Shown here: one piece after another, positions 35,995 through 49,065 of the stretch
How the letters are laid out: every line of letters begins with the position of its first letter
How positions within the stretch are numbered: position 1 is the first letter of the stretch
DNA from: Centroscyllium fabricii
Taxonomy: Eukaryota
NCBI GenBank assembly: GCA_051313645.2
Contig: JBNRSN020000003.1
Coordinates: forward strand, 331,266,001-331,330,000
DNA: 64,000 nucleotides
Reading direction: 5' to 3'
Notes under the pieces: model-generated
Database searches by the model: none
Seen by the model: only the letters and a program-made list of their open reading frames with translations
What the model was told of the DNA's origin: nothing
Made by a program: the position numbers and the translations under genes

Positions 35995-36154
35995 GTACGT
36001 TAACCAGTCAGTTTGTGCTCCGTGTGGGGCTCAATCTGGGCCGTGACACCGAACCAGTGAGCGGCCCGAGGCTGAACAGCGCCGTAACCCCGACACCGTC
36101 CCCACATCCCCCTCCCCCACCACGGGCATCTCCTACCCCCCACCAGCATCGCCC

Positions 36155-39100
36155 TCCCGACATCCCCCCCCCCCCCCCCCGACATCCCCCACCCCGACAT
36201 CCCCCACCCCGACATCCCCCCCACTCCGACATCCCCCCCCACCCCGACATCCCCCCCACTCCGACATCCCCCCCCACCCCGACATCCCCCACCCCGACAT
36301 CCCCCACCCCGACATCCCCCCCACCCCCGACATCCCCCACCCCCGACATCTCCCCCACCCCCGACATCCCCCCCCACCCCGACATCCCCCCCACCCCCGA
36401 CATCCCCCCCCACCCCCGACATCCCCCCCACCCCGACATCCCCCCACCCCGACATCCCCCACCCCCGACATCCCCCACTCCGAGACATCCCCCACTCCGA
36501 CATCCCCCCACCCCGACATCCCCCACCCCCGACATCCTCCACCCCCGACATCCCCCCACCCCGACATCCCCCACCCCCGACATCCCCCACCCCCGACATC
36601 CCCCACTCCGACATCCCCCCACCCCGACATCCCCCCCACCCCGACATCCCCCCCACCCCGACATCCCCCCACCCCGACATCCCCCACCCCCGACATCCCC
36701 CACCCCCGACATCCCCTCACCCCGACATCCTCCCCACCCCGACATCCCCCACCCCCGACATCCCCCACCCCCGACATCCCCCACCCCCGACATCCCCCCC
36801 ACCCCGACATCCCCCCCACCCCGACATCCCCCCCACCCCGACATCCCCTCACCCCGACATCCCCCCCACCCCGACATACCCCACCCCCGACATCCCCTCA
36901 CCCCGACATCCCCCACCCCCGACATCCCCTCACCCCGACATCCCCTCACCCCGACATCCCCCCCACCCCGACATCCCCCCCACCCCGACATCCCCCACCC
37001 CCGACATCCCCCACCCCCGACATCCCCCACCCCCGACATCCCCCACCCCCGACATCCCCCACCCCCGACATCCCCCACCCCCGACATCCCCTCACCCCGA
37101 CATCCCCCTCACCCCGACATCCCCCCCACCCCGACATCCCCCCCACCCCGACATCCCCCCCACCCCGACATCCCCCCACCCCGACATCCCCCCACCCCGA
37201 CATCCCCCCACCCCGACATCTCCCCCACCCCGACATCCCCCCCACCCCGACATCCCCCCCGCCCCGACATCCCCCTCGGCCCGACATCGCCCCCCGCCCC
37301 GACATCCCCTCACCCTGACATCCCCCCGCCCCGACATCCCCCCCACCCCGACATCCCCCCCACCCCGACATCACCCCCACCCCGACATCACCCCCACCCC
37401 GACATCACCCCCACCCCGACATCCCCCCCACCCCGACATCCCCACCCCGACATCCCCCACCCCCGACATCCCCTCACCCCGACATCCCCCCCACCCCGAC
37501 ATCCCCCACCCCCGACATCCCCCACCCCCGACATCCCCTCACCCCGACATCACCCCCACCCCGACATCTCCCCCACCCCGACATCTCCCCCACCCCGACA
37601 TTCCCCCACCCCGACATTCCCCCACCCCGACATCCCCCCCACCCCGACATCCCCCCCGCCCCGACATCACCCTCGGCCCGACATCGCCCCCCGCCCCGAC
37701 ATCCCCTCACCCTGACATCCCCCCGCCCCGACATCGCCCCCACCCCAACATCCCCCCCCACCCCGACATCCCCCCCACCCCGACATCCCCCCCACCCCGA
37801 CATCCCCCCACCCCGACATCCCCCCCACCCCGACATCCCCCCCACCCCGACATCCCCCCACCCCGACATCACCCCCGCCCCGACATCCCCCCGCCCCGAC
37901 ATCCCCCCCGCCCCGACATCCCCCCCGCCCCGACATCCCCCCACCCCGACATCCCCCCACCCCGACATCCCCCCACCCCGACATCACCCCCGCCCCGACA
38001 TCCACCCGCCCCGACATCCCCCCGCCCCGACATCCCCCCGCCCCGACATCCCCCCGCCCCGACATCCCCCCGCCCCGACATCCCCCCCGCCCCGACATCC
38101 CCCCACCCCGACATCCCCCCGCCCCGACATCACCCCCACCCCGACATCCCCCCCACCCCGACATCCCCCGCCCCGACATCCCCCCCGCCCCGACATCCCC
38201 CCCGCCCCGACATCCCCCCCGCCCCGACATCCCCCCCGCACCGACATCCCCCCCGCCCCGACATCCCCCCCGCCCCGACATCCCCCCCGCCCCGACATCC
38301 CCCCCGCCCCGACATCCCCCCCGCCCCGACATCCCCCCCGCCCCGACATCACCCCCGCCCCGACATCCCCCCCGCCCCGACATCCCCCCCGCCCCGACAT
38401 CCCCCCCGCCCCGACATCGCCCCCGCCCCGACATCCCCCCCGCCCCGACATCCCCCCGCCCCGACATCCCCCCGCCCCGACATCCCCCCGGCCCGACATT
38501 GCCCCCCGGCCCGACATTGCCCCCCGGCCCGACATTGCCCCCCGCCCCGACATCCCCCCGGCCCGACATTGCCCCCCGGCCCGACATTGCCCCCCGGCCC
38601 GACATTGCCCCCCGCCCCGACATCCCCCCGGCCCGACATTGCCCCCCGGCCCGACATTGCCCCCCGGCCCGACATCGCCCCCCGGCCCGACATCGCCCCC
38701 CGCCCCGACATCGCCCCCCGCCCCGACATCGCCCCCCGCCCCGACATCGCCCCCCGCACCGACTTCCCCCCCCCACCCCGACATCCCCACCACCTTGACA
38801 TCCCCCCAGCCCCGACGTCCCCACCGCCTCGACGTCCCCACCGCCCCGACGTCCCCACCGCCCCGACGTCCCCACCGCCCCGACGTCCCCCCCGCCCCGA
38901 CCGCCCCGACGTCGCCCCCCGCCCCGACGTCGCCCCCCGCCCCGACGTCGCCCGACGTCGCTCCCCGCCCCGACGTCGCCCCCCGCCCCGACGTCGCCCC
39001 CCGCCCCGACGTCTCCCCCCCCGACGTCGCCCCCCGCCCCGGGGCCCCCGACGTCGCCCCCCGCCCCGACGTCGCTCCCCGCCCCGACGTCGCCCCCCGC

Positions 39101-40140
39101 CCAGACGTCGCCCCCCGCCCCGACGTCGCCCCCCGCCCCGACGTCGCCCCCCGCCCCGACGTCGCCCCCCGCCCCGACGTCGCCCCCCGCCCCGACGTCG
39201 CCCCCCGCCCCGACGTCGCCCCCCGCCCCGACGTCGCCCCCCGCCCCGACGTCGCGCCCCCGCCCCGACGTCGCCCCCCGCCCCGACGTCGCCCCCCGCC
39301 CCGACGTCGCCCCCCGCCCCGACGTCGCCCCCCGCCCCGACGTCGCCCCCCGCCCCGACGTCGCCCCCCGCCCCGACGTCGCCCCCCGCCCCGACGTCGC
39401 CCCCCGCCCCGACGTCGCCCCCCGCCCCGACGTCGCCCCCCGCCCCGACGTCGCCCCCCGTCCCGACGTCGCCCCCCGCCCCGACGTCGCCCCCCGCCCC
39501 GACGTCGCCAACCGCCCCGACGTCGCCAACCGCCCCGACGTCGCCCCCCGACGTCGCCCCCCGCCCCCGACGTCGCCCCCCGCCCCGACGTCGCCCCCCG
39601 CCCCGACGTCGCCCCCCGCCCCGACGTCGCCCCCCGCCCCGACGTCGCCCCCCGCCCCGACGTCGCCCCCCGCCCCGACGTCGCCCCCCGCCCCGACGTC
39701 GCCCCCCGCCCCGACGTCGCCCCCCGCCCCGACGTCGCCCCCCGCCCCGACGTCGCCCCCCGCCCCGACGTCGCCCCCCGCCCCGACGTCCCCCCCCGCC
39801 CCGACGTCCCCCCCCGCCCCGACGTCCCCCCCACCCCCGACGTCCCCCCCACCCCGACGTCCCCCCCACCCCGACATCCCCCCCACCCCGACATCCACCC
39901 CCACCCCGACATCCCCCCCACCCCGACATCCCCCCCACCCCCGACATCCCCCCCACCCCCGACATCCCCCCCACCCCGACATCCCCCCCACCCCGACATC
40001 CCCCCCACCCCGACATCCCCCCCACCCCGACATCCCCCCCTCCCCGACATCCCCCCTCTCCGGCATCCCCCCCACCCCCGACATCCCCCCCACCCCCGAC
40101 ATCCCCCCCACCCCCGACATCCCCCCCACCCCGACATCAT
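36155..40140. repeat. ~4 kb C-rich minisatellite (15-18 bp units, core CCCCGACATC / CCCCGACGTC) in IFT74 intron 1
   Basis: Continuous tandem units with position-dependent variants and extreme C/G strand skew. Confidence 0.95.
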
Positions 40141-40959
40141 TCCCCTTCCTCAACACCCCAGCTCCCGACATCACTCCCTTTTTGTTGTCATTCCAACCCC
40201 CACACATCTCCCACCTCTCCATCTGCCCCCCCTTCCCGCCATACCTCTCCCTCCTCCCCACTCCCCAACATCTTGACATTCCCGACAACAAATACAAATC
40301 ATAATGTTTGGCGATCCAAAGCCAATGCTATATTTTTTCAAAAATTAACTTCCAAGTATTAAAGTTTTTTGCTGATTTCAGTATACCTCCAGTTTACACT
40401 GTAAATTGACCCCATTCGTATATCCTATTTATACCTCCAGTCTATTTATACTTTTCCTGATATTTATGTTATATATTTAGCGCTGCTTTGAGAAATCATA
40501 CAAACCCCAAGCCAATGTCCTGAAGCCAAGATAAACTCACAGTGTTGCTTAAATTTGTTTTCAGAACTCATCAGTTTGTGGCTTTCAGATATTTCATGCT
40601 AATCTCAGATTAGTATAAACAATGGAAGGTTTGAAATCACAACTTCCCAACATTTTTTCTGTGTTTTCACACTGATATCTGACATCATCTGCAGTTTATT
40701 GACCATCTTTATTATTGACAAATATCTGAGCAGTTGTTTGATGTATAACTAACTGTCTTTCCCTTTCCATTCACAGACTGTGCTGTTCACCATTGTTGTA
40801 TGAGGTCATTTTCTTATCTTTCAATGACAATTCTTACTTGTTTTAGTAGAATTAGTTTCTATTTAAAACGTGTTACATTATCATCAGTGGAACGCGTGAC
40901 TGACCTGTTCCAAGTTGGTGTTAAATCAGTCACAGAGGTGTGTCGGCAGTGAGCAGCGT

Positions 40960-43730
40960 ATAGCCAAAAAAACAACCGAAAACGCTGGAAAAACTCAGCA
41001 GGCCAGGCAGCATCGGTGGAGAGAGAAACAGAGTTGGTCCAGAAATTCGGGTCCCAACGCGTGAGTATGGACGGGGTACTCACCCGCGGGCCCATCCAAA
41101 GTGCCGGTTTCGCGCGCATGCGCGCGAAACCGGCACTTCCAATCCCCTGACAGAAGGGGTCAGGGGTCGGAACGCGTGCGCGGGAGCGGCAGCGCGTGCG
41201 CAATGCAGTTCCGAATTTTTTTACAGGTTCTGTGTCTGGGTAAGTATGGAAAAAGTTACGGCTGCTTTTTTAATGTGCAAAGACTGGTTTTAAGAAGGTA
41301 AGTGGTGAATTAATTCAAATTAAAACATTTTTTCCACAGGTTTTTTATTTTTAAATACTTTAAAGAAAGGTAAGTTTATTTTTAGCCCCGTTCAAAACTG
41401 TAATTAATTTTATCAAAAATTTAAATTATTGTTTGAAATAGTTATTTAATGTAATTGATAGTTATTTAAAAAAATGTGATGTTTAAAAAAAAAATGATTT
41501 GACGATTTAGTGATGTTTTGGGGCTTGCAGTTTACATACCTTTGACAGGTCTTCCTGTCAAACTTATCAATGGAGCATTCTGTGCTCCGATTGGCTCCCC
41601 GTGGCCTACGTGATCCTGCACGATCCCTCGCACTATCTTCACCGCTGGGATACGGGAGCGCGGCACGGCGGCAGTTGAAGAAGGCCTCGCATCGGAATTC
41701 CACGCGGGCCCACAGCTCAACGGCCGGCGCGCTAGGTAAGTGCAGGTTGGAGGCTTACACTCGTGGGAAGCCTCCAACCCGAATTTCTGGGCCATTGTTT
41801 CAGGTCGATAACCTTTCTTCAGAACTGGAGAGGGGATAGATTTGAAAGCTGGTGGGGGCTGGGAAAGGGGGAGGGGCTGAAAGAACAAAGGGGAAGTCAG
41901 CGACAGGCTAGAAGGCAGGGGGGAGATTAAGAGACATTGAGAGACATTAAGAGAAATTCAAGGAACACAGGATGGCTCTGGAGGAGGTGTGAACGGCTCT
42001 GGCAGAGAAAAGAAAAAAGCCCAGACAAAAGTGTGGATTGAAAAAAGAGAAAATATATATAAATGTGATAGGAGCTGAGGTTATGATCTAAAATTGTTGA
42101 ACTCTATGTTTAGTCCAGAGGGCTGTCGAGTGCCTAAGCGAAAGATGAGTTGCTGTTCCTCGAGTTTACGCTGAGCTTCCGTGGAACAATGCAGCAGGCC
42201 ACAGACAGTGAGGTCTGAATGGGAGTGGAGTGGAGAATTAAAGTGACAGGCCACCGGGAGCTCGGGGTCCCCCTTACGGACTGAACGGAGGTGTTCCGCA
42301 AAGCGGTCACCCAATCTGCGTTTGGTCTCCCTGATGTAGAGGAGACCACATCGTGAGCAGCGAATACAGTATACTAAATTGCAGGAAGTACACGTAAATC
42401 GCTGTTTCACCTGGAAGGGGTGTTTGGGGCCTGGACAGTGGGAAGCGGGGAGGTATAAGGGCAGGTGTTGTATCTCCTGCGTTTGCACGGGAAGGTGCTG
42501 GGCAAAGGGGAAGGGGTACTGGGGGTGATAGAGGAGTGGACTAGGATGTCACGGAGGGAGCGGTCTCTACGGAATGCTGAAAGGGGAGGTGATGGGAAGA
42601 TGCGCTTGGTGGTGGAATCACACTGGAGGTGACGGAAATGGCGGAGGATGATCCGTTGAATGTGGAGGCTGGTGTGTGAAAGGTGAGGACATGGGGAACT
42701 CTATCGTGGTTCCAGGAGGGAGGGGCAGGGGTGAGGGCAGAAGTGCGGGAGATAGAACGGACACGGTCGAGGGCCGTGTCGACCACGGTAGAGGGGAATT
42801 CTCGGTTGAGGAGAAAGGAAGACATGTCGGAAGCACTGGTGTGGAAGGTGGCATCGTCCGAGCAGATGTGGCGGAGACGGAGCAACTGGGAGAATGGAAT
42901 AGAGTACTTACAGGAGGCGGGGTGGGATGAAGTGTAGTCCAGGTAGCTGTGGGAGTCAGTGGGCTTGTAGTGAATGTTGATCAATAACCTATCCCCAGAG
43001 ATGGAGACGGAGAAGTCGAGGAAGGGAAGGGAAGAGTCGGAGATGGACCATGTGAAGGTGAGGGAAGGGTGGAAGTTGGAAGCAGAGTGAATGAAATTGT
43101 TTAGTTCAGGGCGAGAGCAGGAAACGGCACCGATACAGTCATCAATGTACTGGAAAAAGAGGTGAGGGAGGGGACCCGAGTAGGACTGGAACAAAGAGTG
43201 TTCCACATATCCCACGAAAAGGCAGGCATAGCTAGGACCCGTGCGTGTACCCATAGCAACACCTTTGATTTGGAGGAAATAAGCGGAGTCAAATGAGAAG
43301 TTGTTCAATGTGAGAACACGTTCAGCCAGGCGGAGGAGGGTGGTAGTGGATGGGGACTGGTTGGGCCTCTTCAAGGAAGAAGCAGAGCGCCCTCAGGACA
43401 TCCTGGTGGGGGATGGAGGTGTAGAGGGATTGTACGTCCATGGTGAAAAGGAGGTGGTTGGGGCCGGGAAACTGTTAAAGTGGCGGAGGGCATCGGAAGA
43501 GTCGCGGATGTAGGCAGCAAGAGACTGGACAAGGGGAGAAGAAATAGAGTTGAGATAGGAAGAGATAAGTTCCGTGGGGCAAGAACGGGCTGAAACGATG
43601 GGTCTACCAGGGCAGTCCTGTTTGTGGATCTTGGGAAAGAGGTAGAAACGGGCTGTGTGGGGCTGGGGAACTGTGAGGTTGGCGGCCGTAGGGGGAAGAT
43701 CTCCAGAGGAGATGAAGCCTTCCAGCTGGT
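40960..43730 (-). mobile_element. Penelope-like retroelement (RT and GIY-YIG endonuclease), decayed
   Basis: PKIHK..GRPIVS, QIKGVAMGT, QYIDDC, LPFLD, and NLVYCIRCSRCGLLYIRETKRRLGDRFAEH. Confidence 0.88.
41036..41793. mobile_element. Harbinger-type MITE inside the Penelope terminal region
   Basis: TIRs GGTCCAGAAATTCGG and CCGAATTTCTGGGCC; same terminal type as 34335-35055. Confidence 0.8.
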
Positions 43731-44350
43731 TATGCACTATACTATATAGGATAACAGACTATATAGCAGTCTTGCACTTGAAGCTGTAGTTTAATGATGT
43801 GGAGTTTCCTGAGGCAGGACACCACTCTCAAACTGCCTCCTGGGAAGCTTGCGAGAGCACCCCTGTTTGACGTAGCTCCAGTTTTTTCTTTTCTGTGGAC
43901 AGAAGCCTGGTCTATACCTGGCACCTCCTGCTGGCACTGCCAGGAATAGGTCTCATCTGGACACAGCAATGTCCAAGCAGTGCGAGGCACAGCAAGTTTA
44001 GAATTTTAACCTGCTGTACCACAAATTCATTTTTTCCTTGTTAATTGAAATCAAATATTTTAAATATCCATTTATATTAAACAAGAGCTGCACTGTAACC
44101 AAATAAGTACTATGGTGTTTGTCTACTTTTTTGAAATTCCATTTTAAAAATTAAAGTAGAAGTCATGAGCCCAGAACATTATTATTTTACAAACTCAGTC
44201 ATGTCTGAGCTGTCCATACCCTTTTGCTGACATAGAGAGAATATGGTTTGCAAATATGCAAAATGTAAAGCAGAGAGAAAGTGAAAGCGAAATGACCGTT
44301 GTTTCTGCTGAAAACTGTTTGACATAATAAAATTCTGCCTCTTTTTATAG

Positions 44351-44486
44351 ATATCTCCTGGAACAGCGAGACCTGGAACTCGTGGCGGGCCTGTAATGCC
44401 TGGAGGCGTGCTGTCTGCTCAGATCAAAGTTGCAGATCGTCCTGTAACTCAGCAAGGTTTGAGTGGAATGAAAACTGGAATGAAAG
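44351..44486 (+). CDS. IFT74: IFT74 coding exon 2 ([12 protein letters not shown]...[22 protein letters not shown])
   Basis: AG/GT boundaries, 136 nt, hallmark RPVTQQGL motif. Confidence 0.95.
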
Positions 44487-44981
44487 GTATGTGCGTGTTG
44501 TCTCCTATCCTTTTTTGTATCATCTGTAAAGGTAGTTATTAATATATATATATTAGTTTGTTCTTATAACATGGGTGACACTGGTATGGCAGTATGTACT
44601 ACCCATGCCTAGTTTTCCCTGAGGGTATTAAGAATCCAACCATGTAATTGTGGGACTGGAGTCACATTTAGACAAGGCCAGGGAGGGTTGCAGGTTCCTA
44701 TATCAGAAGGGCATCAGTGAATCTGTTTGTTTTTACAACAGTCTGGTAGACTTTATTCATGGCCATCTTCTGGTGCCAGCTTACAAATGACCAGATTTAT
44801 TGAATGCACGTTCTCAATTTCCATAGTGGGATTTCAACTCACTACCTCTAGGTTGTAATTCCAGTACCATAGTGGAAGATTATTTTTGGTTTTTCTTTTT
44901 AATTGCTATACTACAAAGACGAGCAAATGATCAATTTATAATCCTGAAGATGCTATTTTTTTTAACTAATTTACTTTACAG

Positions 44982-45030
44982 GACCACAGCGTCAGATTCT
45001 GGACAAGTCCTATTTTCTTGGACTGCTCAG
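44982..45030 (+). CDS. IFT74: IFT74 coding exon 3 (GPQRQILDKSYFLGLLR)
   Basis: AG/GT boundaries, 49 nt, phases consistent with neighbours. Confidence 0.95.
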
Positions 45031-45852
45031 GTGAGTACATAAATGTTCTTGACTAATACAAAACATCTATTGTAAAGCTAAATTCAGCAATATGTTGGAG
45101 GATCTAACAGATATATAATGCACTTGGACCTGGTGTTATAAGTTGTACAATTCATCCTAGAGTACATTTTAAAAGTTATTTGCAAGTCTAAGATATCTCG
45201 ACCCACCCCCCCCCCCCCCGCCGCCAGTTAAAGGAGAGGATAAGTACTACTGTGCAGCTAGGAAGTATTTTTCTGTGTAGCACCTCCAAGTTTATTAGTT
45301 TGGTTTATAGTACTGTTTCCCCGGGCGGGAAGAACGTCAACAAGAGGACACGAGCACAAGATTCAAGGAGGAAGATTCAGAAGGGATGGCAGGGGCAGGT
45401 TCTTTACACAGAGAGTGGTCGGGGAATGGAATAGGCTACCATCTGAAATAGTGGATGCGGACAGTCTGGGAGCTTTTAAAAGGATGATAGACAGGTACAT
45501 GGAGGGGAAGGAACAGTAGGGGGGACAGGAAAAATCAGAGACGGACTAAGGGCGGCACTACATTGAGGGCCCAAGGGCCTGTACAGTGCTGTATGTTCTA
45601 TGTTCTGTGTACTCTTAATTTAGAGCTCTGTTTTGGAATGTAACTGAGTACAAATCATTTCCTATACAGACTCAAACCCGGCAACTATGACATCAGGCCA
45701 GTGGACGGAAGTCAGTGGTAAATGGTGGAGGGGGGGATGTGCGGGTGGGTGGTGGGCACGATCATGGTTGAGGGAGGGAAGCCTAGGCTTCTAGGTTTTC
45801 TTGTGGGGCCCAGTGGAGCACTCCTGCTCCTCCAGGCCCAAAAGGAAACCTT

Positions 45853-46242
45853 GGGTGGCACGGTGGCCCAGTGGTTAGCACTGTTGCCTTACAGCACTGG
45901 AGACCCGGGTTCAAATCCCGCCTCGGGTACTATCTGTGTGGAGTTTGCACATTCTCCCCGTGTCTGCGTGAGTTTCCTTCGGGTGCTCCGGTTTCCTCCC
46001 ACAGTCCAAAGATGTGCGGGTTAGGTTGATTGGCCATTATAAATTGACCCTTAGTGTTAGGGGGATTAAATATGTGGGGTTACGGGGATAGGGTGGGATA
46101 TGTGTTGATGCAGGCTCAATAGGGATCGAGGGAGAGGGCAGGGGCGGGGTACTGGGTTTGGATGATCAGCCATGATCTCATTGAATGGCGGAGCAGGCTC
46201 GAAGGGCCGAATGGCCTACTCCTGCTCTTATCTTCTATGTTT
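45853..46242 (+). mobile_element. HE1-type V-SINE
   Basis: Same family as 12550-12960. Confidence 0.87.
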
Positions 46243-46469
46243 ACTGAAAAAAGTACAGTACTTCAATTTTCGGCCCTCTTCTGGGCCCGTTGCTCCTGGT
46301 GAGACTCCCAGAACCAAGCACTGAATGCGGCTGCTGAGAGTTAAAACAATGTGGAAGTACGAATGATGTCGTCAGACCCCAAGTTTTGAATTTCAATGAG
46401 GCCCTTGTCTGGCTGGTGTGAGGGTCTCACTGACTGGCCAGAATGCACCTGCTAAAAGCAAGGTGTGCG

Positions 46470-47245
46470 ACCAACATCAGGTCTTGGCTTAGTCACACAT
46501 TTCTCCAGCTCAGTCGGACCACAATCATTGTCTTTAGTCCCTGCCACAAATTCTGCTTGTTGGTCACACTCAGGCTGAATCAGATCATTTGCAACGTTGG
46601 TGTTCTCTTTGGACCTGAGCTGAGCATTAAAACCCCACATTTTATCCATCACTGGGACCACTTACTTCCACCTCTTGCTATAGCCGCTCTGCTGCTGAAA
46701 CTCTCACAGGTGCCTTTGCACTTCTCGACCCTTATTGCCGGTCCCCCAGCTTATTCCTCCCATAAGCTCCAGCTTGTCGAAAACCCTGTCACTTATGTCA
46801 TGTCCTGTTCTCAGTCCTTCTTGCCTATCACTCACATCCTTACTGACCTTCACTGGCTCCCAGTCCCCCAGTGCATTCAATTTAAATCCTCACCCTTGTC
46901 TTTTAAGTCTCTCCAAGGCCTCGGCCCTACCTGTGCAAGTTCCTCAAGCCCTGTAACCCATCTTAAACTTTCTACTCGTCTGATTCCGGACTCCTATTCA
47001 GCCCCCCCTCCTCCTTCACCCTTCCAGTGGTGGTGGAGTCATCAGCTGCCTTAGTCCTATTTTCTACAGAGCCCTCCCTAAACCTTTCCACCTACCTCCC
47101 CACCTTTTAAAAACCTTCTCTCGAACTTTCTGTCCCCCTCCGAATCTCTCTCACTGGCTTGCCATACATTTCCTTATAACTATTTGTGACACGCTATGGG
47201 AGATTTTGTTACTTTAAAGGCACTATACAAATTCAAGTTGTGTTG
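46470..47245 (+). mobile_element. Degraded L2-type LINE 3' fragment
   Basis: ITHILTDLHWLPVPQCIQFK; similar to 25578-26339. Confidence 0.6.
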
Positions 47246-47529
47246 CTATCTCCAGTGAGAACAGTTCTGTTCCCTGTTCACAACTTGCATCAACAACAAC
47301 TTGTCCGGATGTAACTAGGTTTCTGCTGGCAGTGCAAAGCTTTACTATGTGAGGGTGCGAAATTGGGCACACAGACTACGATGTCTAGTTTTCTTTGCAA
47401 AAAGGTTAGTGCTGGATTGTTGGAGACTGTTCTGGTGGCCAACACAGACCTCATAAACCTATCAAAATTATTCAAATTATCCCACCCTAGATTCAGCAAC
47501 TTCCTCACTTCTTCCCTAATAGAGCTGCT

Positions 47530-47863
47530 CACAGAAACACAGAAGGTAGGAGCAGGAGGAGGCCATTCGGCCCTGCGAGCCTGCTCCGCCATTTTGATGA
47601 GATCATGGCTGATCATCCAAACCCAGCACCCCCCTCCTACCCTCTCCCCATATCCCCCGACTCTAAGAACTATATCTCACGCACATACGCATGGGCAATT
47701 TTTAGTATCTCCAATTCACCTAACCTGCATGTCTTTGGGTGGTGGGAGGAAACCGGAGTACCCGGAGGAAACCCACATGAACACGGGGAGAACATGCAAA
47801 CTCCACGCAGAGAGGTCCCGGGCCAAGCAGGATTCGAACCCAGGAGCTCCTTATTGCGAGGCA
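47530..47863 (-). mobile_element. V-SINE variant subfamily, 5'-truncated
   Basis: Reverse complement of the SINE at 60450-60828. Confidence 0.8.
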
Positions 47864-48482
47864 TATGAAACAGGCGCAAAAATGGCAGATAGCCTCGTCT
47901 GCAGGAGTTGGCTTATAAGGTTGGGTAGCATTTGTGGTTGGAAAATTATTTTCCTTATTATCCTTATTTGAATTAATTAGTCTGTAATGCACTACCTGAA
48001 AAGGTGATAGAAGCAGATTCAGTAGTAACTTTCAAAAGGGAATTGGATAAATACTTGAAAAGGTAAAAAATAGCGGGGTTCTGGGGATAGTGAAGGGGAG
48101 TGGGAGTAATTCGATAGCTCTTTTAAAGAGCCGGCACAGGCATGATTGGCAGAATGGCCTCCTTCGGTCCTGTATGATTCTATGATTTTCTTGATGCTGT
48201 TTAGGCTTGATTTTTTTTTGCATTGCAAAATGTTTATTTCCAATTTTGTTTCTTACAATTGTTGTGCTCCAGTTATGGGAGCACAGGACGCGTTCTGGAA
48301 TTGCCTTACTCTGGGCCACTTGTCCAAATAATATTGGTTCTGCTAGAACATTTTTTTTTAAATCCTTAAAAACTAGATATGAGAGTTTCTATTTACAGTA
48401 CTTACAGATAATTCCAAAATAATGAAATAAAATTGTTAATTGCCTTTTTTGTGGGAAGCTTACCTGTGATATTTTTGCACAG

Positions 48483-48581
48483 AGCCAAAATAAATGAACT
48501 TACAACAGAAGTTAGCAAGCTACAAAAGGAAATTGAGACGTTTAATCAAGAAAATTCTGTCTATCTATCCTATGAAAAGAG
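48483..48581 (+). CDS. IFT74: IFT74 coding exon 4 ([33 protein letters not shown])
   Basis: AG/GT boundaries, 99 nt. Confidence 0.95.
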
Positions 48582-48665
48582 GTGCGTACATAACAGATTA
48601 AATACTTTATTCTGTGAAGGCTGAATGGTTTTGGTTTTTAAACAGTTTTTCATATTTCACGACAG

Positions 48666-48726
48666 AGCTGAAGCATTGGCAGTAGAAATTAAAGATTTGC
48701 AAGGGCAGCTCGCAGACTACAACATG
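48666..48726 (+). CDS. IFT74: IFT74 coding exon 5 (AEALAVEIKDLQGQLADYNM)
   Basis: AG/GT boundaries, 61 nt, after an 84-nt intron. Confidence 0.95.
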
Positions 48727-49065
48727 GTGAGTGGAATTGCTAAATTTGATTTCATAAGTGGCTATGTATTGTTGAGAAATAAGCAGAGTAGTCTGTTATT
48801 TCTATCCAGTCATAATCATCATTTTAAGTGTGTTGCAAAAATAAAATGCAATAAATAACAAAAGATTTATGTTTTCTTTAATGTCTCCTGAGCAGTAACG
48901 ATGTCACTGTATCGCAATATCAGCTTTGGCTCCGTGGTAGCCCTCTCGCTTCTGAGCCAGAAGGTTGTGAGCTCAAGCCCCACTTCTAGACTTGAGCACA
49001 TAATCTAGGCTGACTCTTTAGTACAGCACTGAGGGAATACTGCAATGTTGGAGGTGCCATCTTAC

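Noticed and set aside
36000-40362. Long Pro/Gly/Arg-rich ORFs (up to 876 aa) on both strands
   Set aside because: They are translations of the minisatellite, open in most frames because the unit lacks stops, and lie inside IFT74 intron 1.
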